From the IMG/VR virus record IMGVR_UViG_3300032167_000064, positions 62,001 to 124,387 of that record: a DNA stretch of 62,387 nt, one strand, 5' to 3'. Positions 49,390-58,555 of this stretch are shown one piece after another. The stretch is from an uncultured virus (IMG/VR IMGVR_UViG_3300032167_000064) (Duplodnaviria > Heunggongvirae > Uroviricota > Caudoviricetes). Position 1 is the stretch's first letter. Each line of letters begins with the position of its first letter. The notes under the pieces were generated by a model. That model did not search any database. It was not told the DNA's origin and saw nothing but the letters and a program-made list of their open reading frames with translations. The translations under genes and the position numbers were made by a program.

Positions 49390-49989
49390 ATGAAATTATT
49401 CGAAACAACTTTACCTCAGATGTATTCTAAGGCACTTTTTGAGGAGAAATGCTTTGATCTCGCACCCGAGCACACTGATAAGATGTTTGATACTCTGTTT
49501 ACCGGAACAGCTAACTTACTTAAGTCTATCAAGAGTCTGGAGAAGCCTGTAGCTTTTGCTATCAGAGAGCTTAATGGAAACCTTGTTGCAGCTGCTATTT
49601 GTCAGTATTTCAAGAATGATGATGCTAGTAAGCCTGGTAACTTCTCTCTGGTTTGGACTTTTGATGAAGCTGATATTCCTGCAGATGCTCTGGTTACATC
49701 TCTTGATGATACTAAGACACATTCATTCTTCATTGCTGCAGCCGGCAGTAAGTATGGTATCAAGTTTAAGGATGCGAGCTGTGTTGTTAACACATTAAGC
49801 TATACAGTTTCTCAGTTAAAGAAGTGGTTGGATGAGAATGCTAAAGAAGGATCAATTGTATCCGTAGAACAGGAAGGAATCTTCCAGGGTAGAGTTGAGG
49901 TTCAGAATGGTGTTAAGGTATTCGCTATTGAACCTCACGGTGAGATCAAGAACCTTATTAAAGATGATGCTGCTATCGAAGAAAGATAA
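49390..49989 (+). CDS. Hypothetical protein
   Basis: ATG at 49390 after AGGAGG; early motif at 49325. Confidence 0.7.
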   Translation: MKLFETTLPQMYSKALFEEKCFDLAPEHTDKMFDTLFTGTANLLKSIKSLEKPVAFAIRELNGNLVAAAICQYFKNDDASKPGNFSLVWTFDEADIPADALVTSLDDTKTHSFFIAAAGSKYGIKFKDASCVVNTLSYTVSQLKKWLDENAKEGSIVSVEQEGIFQGRVEVQNGVKVFAIEPHGEIKNLIKDDAAIEER

Positions 49990-50007
49990 GATTATGCTAT
50001 CAATATA

Positions 50008-50120
50008 GTGATTGACCAATGATGATACAACCAAGGTTATCACAGGTATCTATTCAAATTATTATGCTATCGTTTTGAGTAGATTCCTTGTGGTACTTTG
50101 GTTGTATCTAGGTCAATTAC
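50008..50120 (+). ncRNA. Long intergenic RNA hairpin (candidate structured leader or sRNA)
   Basis: Nested pairings GTGATTGACC/GGTCAATTAC, GATACAACCAA/TTGGTTGTATC, ATCACAGG/CCTTGTGGT and ATCTATTCAAA/TTTGAGTAGAT, with several G-U pairs. Confidence 0.5.
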
Positions 50121-50170
50121 AACTTTCGAAAAACGATTTTGATAATTCTTTTTTGACAGGAGATGCTAAA

Positions 50171-50917
50171 ATGATGATGATGAGTACTTTACCTCCTCTT
50201 AATATCTCTGTAACAAAAGCACCTGTAAATGGTCAAACTTTTGATATTATTGATTATGAGGAATATAGAGAACATTTTGATGCTTATAGTGGAAGATCAG
50301 ATGTAGCTATTGCTGTAGACCATAGAGGAAGACAAATGATGCTTCCGTTTAGAGGAAGTTATAACGGATCTACTACTCCTGGAGTTTATAATGCAGGATG
50401 TATTGATTTTATTGTAAAACCGGAAGAAGGTTTCGCCGACAGATATATTCCGGATCCTGAATCTATTATCTGTTTATCAAATACAGATACCATTAGAGAT
50501 TTGATCATTAAAGAAGACAGCGTAAAAAAGCTGGACGAACCTTTCATTACAACGCCCGATAATATAACAAATATTCCGATCAATCCTAATGATCAACCTG
50601 AAATGGTTTGTTTAAAGAAAGCATTAAATGCTAAGAAAATTGATATCGACAAATATGCTGGTAGATTTGGGGATAATTTTCCAAATGATAAAAGACAGCT
50701 TAAAAGTAAAGGTGCAACTCTTAATATCATTAAGAGATATTGTAAGAATTGTGATATGGAAGCTTTACTTATTCTGAGAGATGCTTCTCCAGATGTTGCT
50801 AATCCAATGAACACAGAAGTCTGTGTATCTTTAACTTCATTGGTAGAAGAAGACGAAATGGACATAAATTCAATTCCATCATATGAGTCTGATGAAGACG
50901 ATTATGATGAGGATTAA
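50171..50917 (+). CDS. Hypothetical protein
   Basis: ATG run at 50171 after CAGGAG; the ORF-track extension to 50012 runs through the hairpin and is unlikely to be coding. Confidence 0.65.
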   Translation: MMMMSTLPPLNISVTKAPVNGQTFDIIDYEEYREHFDAYSGRSDVAIAVDHRGRQMMLPFRGSYNGSTTPGVYNAGCIDFIVKPEEGFADRYIPDPESIICLSNTDTIRDLIIKEDSVKKLDEPFITTPDNITNIPINPNDQPEMVCLKKALNAKKIDIDKYAGRFGDNFPNDKRQLKSKGATLNIIKRYCKNCDMEALLILRDASPDVANPMNTEVCVSLTSLVEEDEMDINSIPSYESDEDDYDED

Positions 50918-50978
50918 AATTTTTATTCTTTAGACTTTTTGTAATAATATATTATTACAATTTTAGGAGGCAGAAATA

Positions 50979-52790
50979 ATGTTTATAGACCAGGCTCAGT
51001 TTATGAGACAATTCAATGAAACTCACAGAGAAGAATTCAATCCTGAGTTATTTGAAAGAAATAATGAAGAGATTGTTGAAGCTATAAAGTCTGTTGTTAT
51101 GTCATGTCAAAGAGACAAGTATTATACATTAAAACTTTTAAGCTTCAAAGCTATCTATAAATATGAAGAGATTTATAACACTCTTAGAGATCATGAAGCT
51201 AAACGTAAGAGAAAGAACTCTAAGATTGATAATATCTATGATTTTATCAATATTAGAGATACAGATATGATTCTGATTAAGTTAGAATGGTTAGTAAGAC
51301 ACAATGGTGTTGAAAGAATTGAAGAAGATAATAAGACTATGGAAGTGGTAAACCCTGAACAGATTTTGGAAGTATTAATTGCAGTTCCTAGATTCGTTAG
51401 AAAATACTATTTCCGCTTGTCAGGAAACTTTTATACAACCATCTTCCAGATTGTTGACGGTTCTACTTATAACAACTCTACTGCTAGCCAGAGTAAGGTT
51501 GATACTGTAACTATGAAGACAATGTTCATGCCTATCCGTATCTTTAGAGGTTTCAATACAATGGTAGATAAAAATACTAATAAAGCTGTTAATGCTATTG
51601 AGTATCAATCTATTATCTTTAATAATGTAGTGAATGTATTGTATTATATCCTTGCAGCTTATGGTATGTATGGTGCTATGAATTTCATGGAGATCAATTG
51701 TATTTCAATTACTCCTCATCAGTTTAATCATCCGGATTATTATTCATTCTGCAAAAATGATTCAATCTATATTAATTGTCCTAAGGTTTGTTTTGACAAT
51801 GATGCAGTTGTGCAGAGTTTTGTTGCAACAATTTATGATGGAATTTCGAAGGATGTAACTGATCCTAATATGTTGTTTGATCAGAGATATTGGTTAAGAA
51901 ATCTGGGTATTATTTTCAAACAGGCTACTGTAGAAAAAGGTTTATTTGTATTGGATTCTGTTGATGGAATCTATGATAATATTACCTTAAACGATTTACA
52001 TCTTCCTATGAGAGATAAAGAGAATATCTATTGTGTACTTAGATGGCTCATTAGAGAATTTTCTAATCTTCGTTCAAAAGAAAATGTAGATGTAACTACA
52101 AAACGTATCCGTATTGCTGACTATATTGCAGCTGTATATGCTACAAAGTTAAACAAAGGTATTCATCGTATTTCAGATATGGGTAGCAAGGTTACTTTAA
52201 AGAAAGTTATTCAGGCTATATATACACAACCTATGTATGTAATGAATAATATCTCTACAATGAGCAACTTGGTATCATATAGAGATTTGGTTAACGATTT
52301 GGATTCACTTACAGCTTTAAAATATACCTATAAAGGTATTTCAGGTCTTGGTGAGGATGGAGCTAGTATTCAGCCTATATATCGTTATGTAGATCCATCT
52401 CATGTTGGTATTCTTGATCTGGATGCTTCGTCTGCATCAGACCCGGGTATGTCTGGTATGATTTGTCCTATGACAAAATTATATGGTAATGATAGTTCGT
52501 TCTCTAATTATATGGAACCTAATGCTTGGAGAGAGAATTACAAACCATTTGCCGATGCTTATATGAATGGAGCCACTTCGCCTATTGTATTTGATAGACC
52601 ACCAGAACAGCCTGACTATATGGCTCAAAGAGAACAGATTGTTCAGGAAGAACTCGATATCAACAGAATTATTTGTCCTATTCAGAATATTAAGGATCCG
52701 AATATTCTGTATACTTGTTCACAGGCTATTATCGATCAGGATAATAGAAATGAACCGAAGTCTATCTTTACAATTAAAGATGAAAACTAA
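50979..52790 (+). CDS. Phage multisubunit RNA polymerase beta N-terminal subunit (non-virion type)
   Basis: IAVPRF...FRLSGNFY...QIVD, KRIR, and RYVDPSHVGILDLDASSASDPGMSG (equivalent of beta R.VHPSH.G.ID...T.EG...G). Confidence 0.85.
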   Translation: MFIDQAQFMRQFNETHREEFNPELFERNNEEIVEAIKSVVMSCQRDKYYTLKLLSFKAIYKYEEIYNTLRDHEAKRKRKNSKIDNIYDFINIRDTDMILIKLEWLVRHNGVERIEEDNKTMEVVNPEQILEVLIAVPRFVRKYYFRLSGNFYTTIFQIVDGSTYNNSTASQSKVDTVTMKTMFMPIRIFRGFNTMVDKNTNKAVNAIEYQSIIFNNVVNVLYYILAAYGMYGAMNFMEINCISITPHQFNHPDYYSFCKNDSIYINCPKVCFDNDAVVQSFVATIYDGISKDVTDPNMLFDQRYWLRNLGIIFKQATVEKGLFVLDSVDGIYDNITLNDLHLPMRDKENIYCVLRWLIREFSNLRSKENVDVTTKRIRIADYIAAVYATKLNKGIHRISDMGSKVTLKKVIQAIYTQPMYVMNNISTMSNLVSYRDLVNDLDSLTALKYTYKGISGLGEDGASIQPIYRYVDPSHVGILDLDASSASDPGMSGMICPMTKLYGNDSSFSNYMEPNAWRENYKPFADAYMNGATSPIVFDRPPEQPDYMAQREQIVQEELDINRIICPIQNIKDPNILYTCSQAIIDQDNRNEPKSIFTIKDEN

Positions 52791-52803
52791 AGGAGATTAA
52801 GAT

Positions 52804-53043
52804 ATGGTTTACTTCTTACATTCAGATGAACAAATCAAAGAGAAAAATAAAATCCTGGCGAACTGTGGAAAGCAGTTCGTGCCAGGAACAGTTACAGTAC
52901 AAGGTAAAAGATCTACTTTTACTCAGATTTCTAATAACCCTAATATTGATAGATTTATCGATACAAAGGTTATTGCAAGTTTCAATAATATTGATGAGGC
53001 TACTTATATAGCTCCTACAACAACAGCTATCAGAGGTGATTAA
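52804..53043 (+). CDS. Small hypothetical protein
   Basis: RBS AAGGAG; 79 aa. Confidence 0.65.
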   Translation: MVYFLHSDEQIKEKNKILANCGKQFVPGTVTVQGKRSTFTQISNNPNIDRFIDTKVIASFNNIDEATYIAPTTTAIRGD

Positions 53044-53044
53044 A

Positions 53045-53800
53045 ATGAGAAATTTGATTAATCTATATTATAATGCTATTAGTAATAAAGCATTTGAAGG
53101 TATTAGATTGGTAAGAGAATTTTTCACAAAAGACGGAGACATGTCCAGTTTCAGAAAACTGCGTTCATCTAATATAAGTTTACAAGAAAAAGTTATTTTA
53201 ACAAGTCTTGACGAAAAATTGAAAATATCTGAAGAAGATTATGTTCATAATGGATATCTTGCATCTAATGGAGATAGATATATTTTTGTAGATAATCTCG
53301 ATTTCACTTCAATTTTGTGCACTAAATTTCAGACAGTAACAAAACAACCAAATGGAACTAATTTTATTTCAGATATATCTATATTCTTTATCAGTCGTAA
53401 TTTGTTGAAAAACTGTGATGATAAGCAGGTAATTTATACTTGTTATAAAATTGCTCAATGGTATTTCAAGATCTCATTAACGGATATAAATAATAGTCCA
53501 ATAGCAATATCCGCTTATAGATCAGGATCAGAAAATATTTTTGACAAAAGAGATATATATGGTAGAGATGATAAGATTTTTTACGTGAATTATCTTATTA
53601 CTATGATTATGATTTTAGACGTTATGTTTAATTTCAAATTCAATGATATTATGTTATTTATAGAATCTATATTTACATCTTGTCCATTTTGGTTATCAAC
53701 AGAAGCTTTTAAAGGTATTTTTGAATATGCTATTAATGAGCAACCTGACGATTCAGACTATGTTTTGATATTTAGAGAAATATTTAAAGAGAATAAATAA
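53045..53800 (+). CDS. Hypothetical protein
   Basis: ATG at 53045 after GAGGTG; hairpin at 53808-53835. Confidence 0.65.
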   Translation: MRNLINLYYNAISNKAFEGIRLVREFFTKDGDMSSFRKLRSSNISLQEKVILTSLDEKLKISEEDYVHNGYLASNGDRYIFVDNLDFTSILCTKFQTVTKQPNGTNFISDISIFFISRNLLKNCDDKQVIYTCYKIAQWYFKISLTDINNSPIAISAYRSGSENIFDKRDIYGRDDKIFYVNYLITMIMILDVMFNFKFNDIMLFIESIFTSCPFWLSTEAFKGIFEYAINEQPDDSDYVLIFREIFKENK

Positions 53801-53859
53801 ATTATATGCTAGAAGAGGGGTAACTCTCTTCTAGCTATTATTTATAGGAGGAATAAATC

Positions 53860-54189
53860 ATGTTAGGAATTGATATGAATATAAAATTGGATGTAAAGAG
53901 AGTTACCTCACCTATATATTTTCAACACAGAAATGAATGTGTAAGGTGCGGAGCTAAAGGTAAACTCGTTTTTATAGATAGATTTGGAAGAGAATGTACA
54001 AGAGAAGTTAATGCGTTAGAGCATATTAAATGTACAAACTGTGGTAAGTTATATTCTATTCTTTGGGAACCTAAAGAAGGGACTGATAAGTTAATGCCTT
54101 CTCCGATTGATACAAGTATTTCAGTTGATTTTATGAATCTGGTTAGATTTAATAAACTTAAAAAAGATGGAGAGAATATTCTTTGTTAA
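53860..54189 (+). CDS. Zinc-ribbon protein
   Basis: CVRC...CTNC; RBS AGGAGG. Confidence 0.7.
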   Translation: MLGIDMNIKLDVKRVTSPIYFQHRNECVRCGAKGKLVFIDRFGRECTREVNALEHIKCTNCGKLYSILWEPKEGTDKLMPSPIDTSISVDFMNLVRFNKLKKDGENILC

Positions 54190-54242
54190 TTACCATCCCT
54201 GAAACTTAGTAGTAATATTGAAAACTAAGAGGTGTAAGAATT

Positions 54243-56915
54243 ATGAAATATTTGCAGGCTACATTTAAGAACTATATAGGTTTTTATAATGGAATGGGTT
54301 TGTATGAAGTTAGTATAGATTTCAGAAAATGTACTCATAATATCATTCTTATTACTGGTAAGAATGGTTCTGGAAAATCAACATTAATGAATCATCTTAA
54401 TCCGTTTCCTGATGGTAGCAATTCTTTTATCCCTGGAAAGACAGCAGAAAAATGTCTTGTATTATTTGATAATGGTGACACATATACAATACAAATTATT
54501 TCTCCTGCTGATTTAAAAGGTAGAAAAACTACTAAAGCTTATATACAAAAGAATGGTGTTGAATTAAATGAAAATGGAAATGTATCATCTTATAAAGATA
54601 TAGTATTTAACGAATTTGAATTGGATTCTAATTATGTTTCTCTTTCTAGATTAAGTAATTCTGATAGAGGATTGGGAGATAAAACACCATCTGAAAGAAA
54701 AAGATTTGCTTCTAATATTATAGATAATCTTGAGATATATAATAATATCTACAAGACTCTTAATAAGAAAAGCTTAATATATAAATCTCATACCAATACT
54801 ATTCACACTAAGATTCAAAATATTGGCAATGCTGAGAATTTAAAATCTAGATTGAAGATGCTTCAGGCTAGAGAAGGAGAATTGAATAGAGATATTATGG
54901 TTACTAATAATACTATAGTTTCTATAGAAGCTAAAAATAGTATTGATGAAGATGAAGCTATAAAAATTAAAGCTATCACTGATAAAGAAGCAGAATTATC
55001 TGCTCAAGTAGCTATAGTAGAAACTCAAGTTAATTCTCATTATCATAGAACTAAAATTAAACCCGAAGATATTAGCAATCAACAAGAGACTGATAAAGCT
55101 TTATTAGAATCATATAGATTACAATTATCTCAGGCTACTGATAAATGGAGAACTGAAAGTCAAAGGTTGAGAGAAACTGATGAAAGTATAGCTTCATTGA
55201 GAGCTGAATTAGATTGTAATATAACAGAAACAGATATTGTAGATAGATATAATAAATCTCAATCTATTATAGATGAAATTGTTGCAGAATTAAGACAGAT
55301 GAATATTCCTCTCGATACAGATGTAATGGAGCTTGAAAGAATAATATCATTCTGTGAAAGATTCTCAGTTGCAATAGACAAATTCAATGATGGTTTAACT
55401 CCGAGAGATTTAGAATATATTATTAAAGAATTTGATTCTATATCTGTGAGAGATATGTTACAGTCTCAGGATATGTTGATCAGTGAAATTGATGCTAATA
55501 AACAACAATTAGCAGAAACACAAGGTAAATTAAAACTTTTAGCTACTCTTGAGGATAGACCAAAAGAATGTAAAATTGATACTTGTCCTTTTATTGCTAA
55601 TGCTGTTCTGGTAAAGAATGAATTACAAGGAGATATTGTAGAAACTTTATCTTTAATTCAGGATACAAATCTTGGATTATCGGAGAAAGTTACAGAAATT
55701 CAATCACAGATTGATTATCACAATACAATGTCTTACAAGAAGCTCGAATTAGATACAATTAGAAGAGAAATTTCGGAAATAAGTTTTATTCTAAAGAAAT
55801 ATTATCCTCAGTTTGTAGAAAATTTTGAAATTATGGTTCTTAATATGAATACATTTGGATTCATTCGAGAACATAAAAAAGTTACAGATGTAGCAAATCT
55901 ATTGAGAATTTTTGCTGCAGAAAAACAACAAAATCAGTTGCTGGAATTGGAGTATAGAAATTATAGAGAAAAAGTTCAGTTATTAAATTCCTCTAGAAAT
56001 ATGCTCAATAAATTAGAAAAATCTCAAGCAGAGTTAATTGAAACTATTGCTAAAGCTAAATCTGATATGGATAGCTATTCTTCTACAGTTATAAGCCTTG
56101 AAACTAAGGTTAATAACGAAACAGAATATCTTGCAGTTTATCTAAGGTACGAAAAATTGTTAGAAGAATATATTGTTGTAAAAGATCAGGTTGAAGAATT
56201 TAAAAAGAAATCTTCAAAAGCTTTGGAAGCGTTATCTTCTATAACTGCATTGAGAGACAAAATTAATGTTTTATCTGCAGAATTAGAACCTCTGATGAGG
56301 GAAATCAATACTATCTCGGGTCAGCTTACTTTGTTAGATTCATATTACGAAGAATATGCTAAGTATAAACAGAGTTACGATATGATAGAAACACTCAAAA
56401 AATACTGTTCCCCTACTTCCGGTGGTATTCAAACATTATTCATGCAACTTTATATGAGCAAGACAAAGGATATTGCTAATAGTATTCTTTCAATGTTGTT
56501 TAATGGCTCATATAGACTTGAAGATTTTATTATCAATGAGAATGAATTTAGAATACCATTTATTGGTGAAGGATTACCTGTAGATGATATTAGTTCTGGA
56601 TCTGGTGCTCAGATTGCTATGATGGGGATGATTATCAATCTGGTATTATTACATCAGGCATCTACTAGATTTAATATTGCTCAATTAGATGAAGTTACAG
56701 CAGCTTTAGATTCTTACAATAATTCACTCTTTACAAATATCATGTTTTATTGTATGCAGATCTTAAATATAGAACAGTTATTCTTAATTTCTCATTCTAC
56801 AGAAACTGATAATTCTTATGCTGATATTATTAAGCTTAAGGGATATGAAAACTACGAGTCAAGTATTCAATCAGGTAATGTAATTTGGGATTTTGACGAA
56901 ATAATAAAGCAGTAA
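54243..56915 (+). CDS. sbcC: SbcC/Rad50-like SMC ATPase
   Basis: GKNGSGKST, long coiled coil with CKIDTCPF hook, SSGSG signature, LDE and ISH motifs. Confidence 0.88.
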   Translation: MKYLQATFKNYIGFYNGMGLYEVSIDFRKCTHNIILITGKNGSGKSTLMNHLNPFPDGSNSFIPGKTAEKCLVLFDNGDTYTIQIISPADLKGRKTTKAYIQKNGVELNENGNVSSYKDIVFNEFELDSNYVSLSRLSNSDRGLGDKTPSERKRFASNIIDNLEIYNNIYKTLNKKSLIYKSHTNTIHTKIQNIGNAENLKSRLKMLQAREGELNRDIMVTNNTIVSIEAKNSIDEDEAIKIKAITDKEAELSAQVAIVETQVNSHYHRTKIKPEDISNQQETDKALLESYRLQLSQATDKWRTESQRLRETDESIASLRAELDCNITETDIVDRYNKSQSIIDEIVAELRQMNIPLDTDVMELERIISFCERFSVAIDKFNDGLTPRDLEYIIKEFDSISVRDMLQSQDMLISEIDANKQQLAETQGKLKLLATLEDRPKECKIDTCPFIANAVLVKNELQGDIVETLSLIQDTNLGLSEKVTEIQSQIDYHNTMSYKKLELDTIRREISEISFILKKYYPQFVENFEIMVLNMNTFGFIREHKKVTDVANLLRIFAAEKQQNQLLELEYRNYREKVQLLNSSRNMLNKLEKSQAELIETIAKAKSDMDSYSSTVISLETKVNNETEYLAVYLRYEKLLEEYIVVKDQVEEFKKKSSKALEALSSITALRDKINVLSAELEPLMREINTISGQLTLLDSYYEEYAKYKQSYDMIETLKKYCSPTSGGIQTLFMQLYMSKTKDIANSILSMLFNGSYRLEDFIINENEFRIPFIGEGLPVDDISSGSGAQIAMMGMIINLVLLHQASTRFNIAQLDEVTAALDSYNNSLFTNIMFYCMQILNIEQLFLISHSTETDNSYADIIKLKGYENYESSIQSGNVIWDFDEIIKQ

Positions 56916-56963
56916 AACCACTATATATTAATCTAAAACTAGATTAGAAAAGGAGGTTTTGTT

Positions 56964-57224
56964 ATGAGATCTAGAGAAGAAATTGTTAAAGAGATTGAAA
57001 CTCTTGAAGAAAAATACAAGAAATCAAGAAATGTTGTAGAGAAAGCAAGATTTACTGCTCAGATTAAAGAACTCAATGTTGAACTTGCAGCAATTGGTGT
57101 TAACCATGAGCAAAAAATAGTATATCAGAACGATGCACCTTCCGTTGCTGATCACAAAAATACCAGAAAGTTATCCAGAGGAGATATTGCTAATGCCGGA
57201 TCAGCTTTCGTCGGTATTATCTAA
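56964..57224 (+). CDS. Small hypothetical protein
   Basis: RBS AAGGAGGT; 86 aa. Confidence 0.65.
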   Translation: MRSREEIVKEIETLEEKYKKSRNVVEKARFTAQIKELNVELAAIGVNHEQKIVYQNDAPSVADHKNTRKLSRGDIANAGSAFVGII

Positions 57225-57236
57225 AACTAAAAAGTA

Positions 57237-57265
57237 ATCCCAAGGGTTGTTGAAACCCTTGGGAT
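57237..57265. terminator. Bidirectional hairpin terminator
   Basis: ATCCCAAGGGTT / AACCCTTGGGAT. Confidence 0.75.
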
Positions 57266-57279
57266 CTTTATTTTTACTT

Positions 57280-58401
57280 TTAATACTGAGAAACAATATT
57301 ATCATTAAGAACAATGATAGGAAAAGTTTCATTCAGGTTAATATTCTTTGCAATCTTTGTCTTAAGATCAAGAGTTGTATCTTCCATAAACATCTGATCA
57401 TAAACAGGAACATTAGGAATTGCTTCTCCTGTTCTTACATTCATAACTTGGAAGAATTTTGCACCGGAAGCTGCATCATATACAACAACTTGTTTAACAT
57501 CAGGATTACCTTCATATCTCATCATGTTCTGTTCAGGTGTCATATTAGCAACATAATTAAGATATCCAGCATCCATAATAGGCTGACCAGGATTGCTAAC
57601 CATATCAGGAGTAAGATTTGCTCTTACAATACCAGAACCCATTATAGCAGGATCAATCATAGGCATCTGATACTGAGGTGCTGAATTATTAGGATTCTGA
57701 ATAAATGCCTGATAAATATCAGAAATATATTTATCATCATTCATGGTAGCTTGAGCTGCTTCGATATCCTTACGTTTCTTGTAATCCATATCATTGGCTT
57801 TTGTAATACAGTTATTGATTTCTTTGATTGCAGAAATTCTGTTACCAATCATAGCACCAATATTTTCAGATAATCCTGTTAATATACCATATTTATTCTT
57901 CAGAGTTCTATTATGACGAACCGCATTGAACTCTTGAACAAGTTCCCCATTTACAGCATCAATCTGTCTTAATGTTTCGTGTAACAAATTATTTGTTTCT
58001 CCATAACTGTAAATGGTGCCTGCTTCAACAAGTTCTGTTCCATTTACAACTTCAGCATCAGCTTTTACAATAGCTGTCTGTTGTTTAGTAGCAGGAAGAC
58101 TAGAACCGCCTCTTTTTCTTCTCTTCTTCTCTTCTGCTTCCATATCAGAAATATTATCGACTTTGATTTTCATTGAATCATCTTCGATTTTAAATAAAGA
58201 TGTCTTAGTTTCTCCCATAGTAATTGCAGGAGTTTCAAAGACTCTAGGATCTACAGCAGGTTTGTGTTGTACAACCTGAGGTGCCTGCTGACCATAACCA
58301 TATGGATTTTGATTCATAGCAAACTGAGGTTGCTGATAAGGATCAATTCCAATTCCATTACCATAACCTACAGGCATCATACCATTGTTCATATATTGCA
58401 T
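57280..58401 (-). CDS. Hypothetical protein with a Q/P/M/Y-rich N-terminus and a coiled coil
   Basis: RBS AAGGAGG; 373 aa. Confidence 0.7.
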   Translation of the reverse strand: MQYMNNGMMPVGYGNGIGIDPYQQPQFAMNQNPYGYGQQAPQVVQHKPAVDPRVFETPAITMGETKTSLFKIEDDSMKIKVDNISDMEAEEKKRRKRGGSSLPATKQQTAIVKADAEVVNGTELVEAGTIYSYGETNNLLHETLRQIDAVNGELVQEFNAVRHNRTLKNKYGILTGLSENIGAMIGNRISAIKEINNCITKANDMDYKKRKDIEAAQATMNDDKYISDIYQAFIQNPNNSAPQYQMPMIDPAIMGSGIVRANLTPDMVSNPGQPIMDAGYLNYVANMTPEQNMMRYEGNPDVKQVVVYDAASGAKFFQVMNVRTGEAIPNVPVYDQMFMEDTTLDLKTKIAKNINLNETFPIIVLNDNIVSQY

Positions 58402-58555
58402 GTATTTGTCCTCCTTTTCTTTAAAATAGTAGCAAATATATTACGTTTCATTCAATATGATATATTAACAAAATGTGCAGGTATTGGAAATCTATCGATA
58501 GAAAAACATCAGATTAATCAATAATATTAATAAATATAGAAAGGATTTAAGCATT

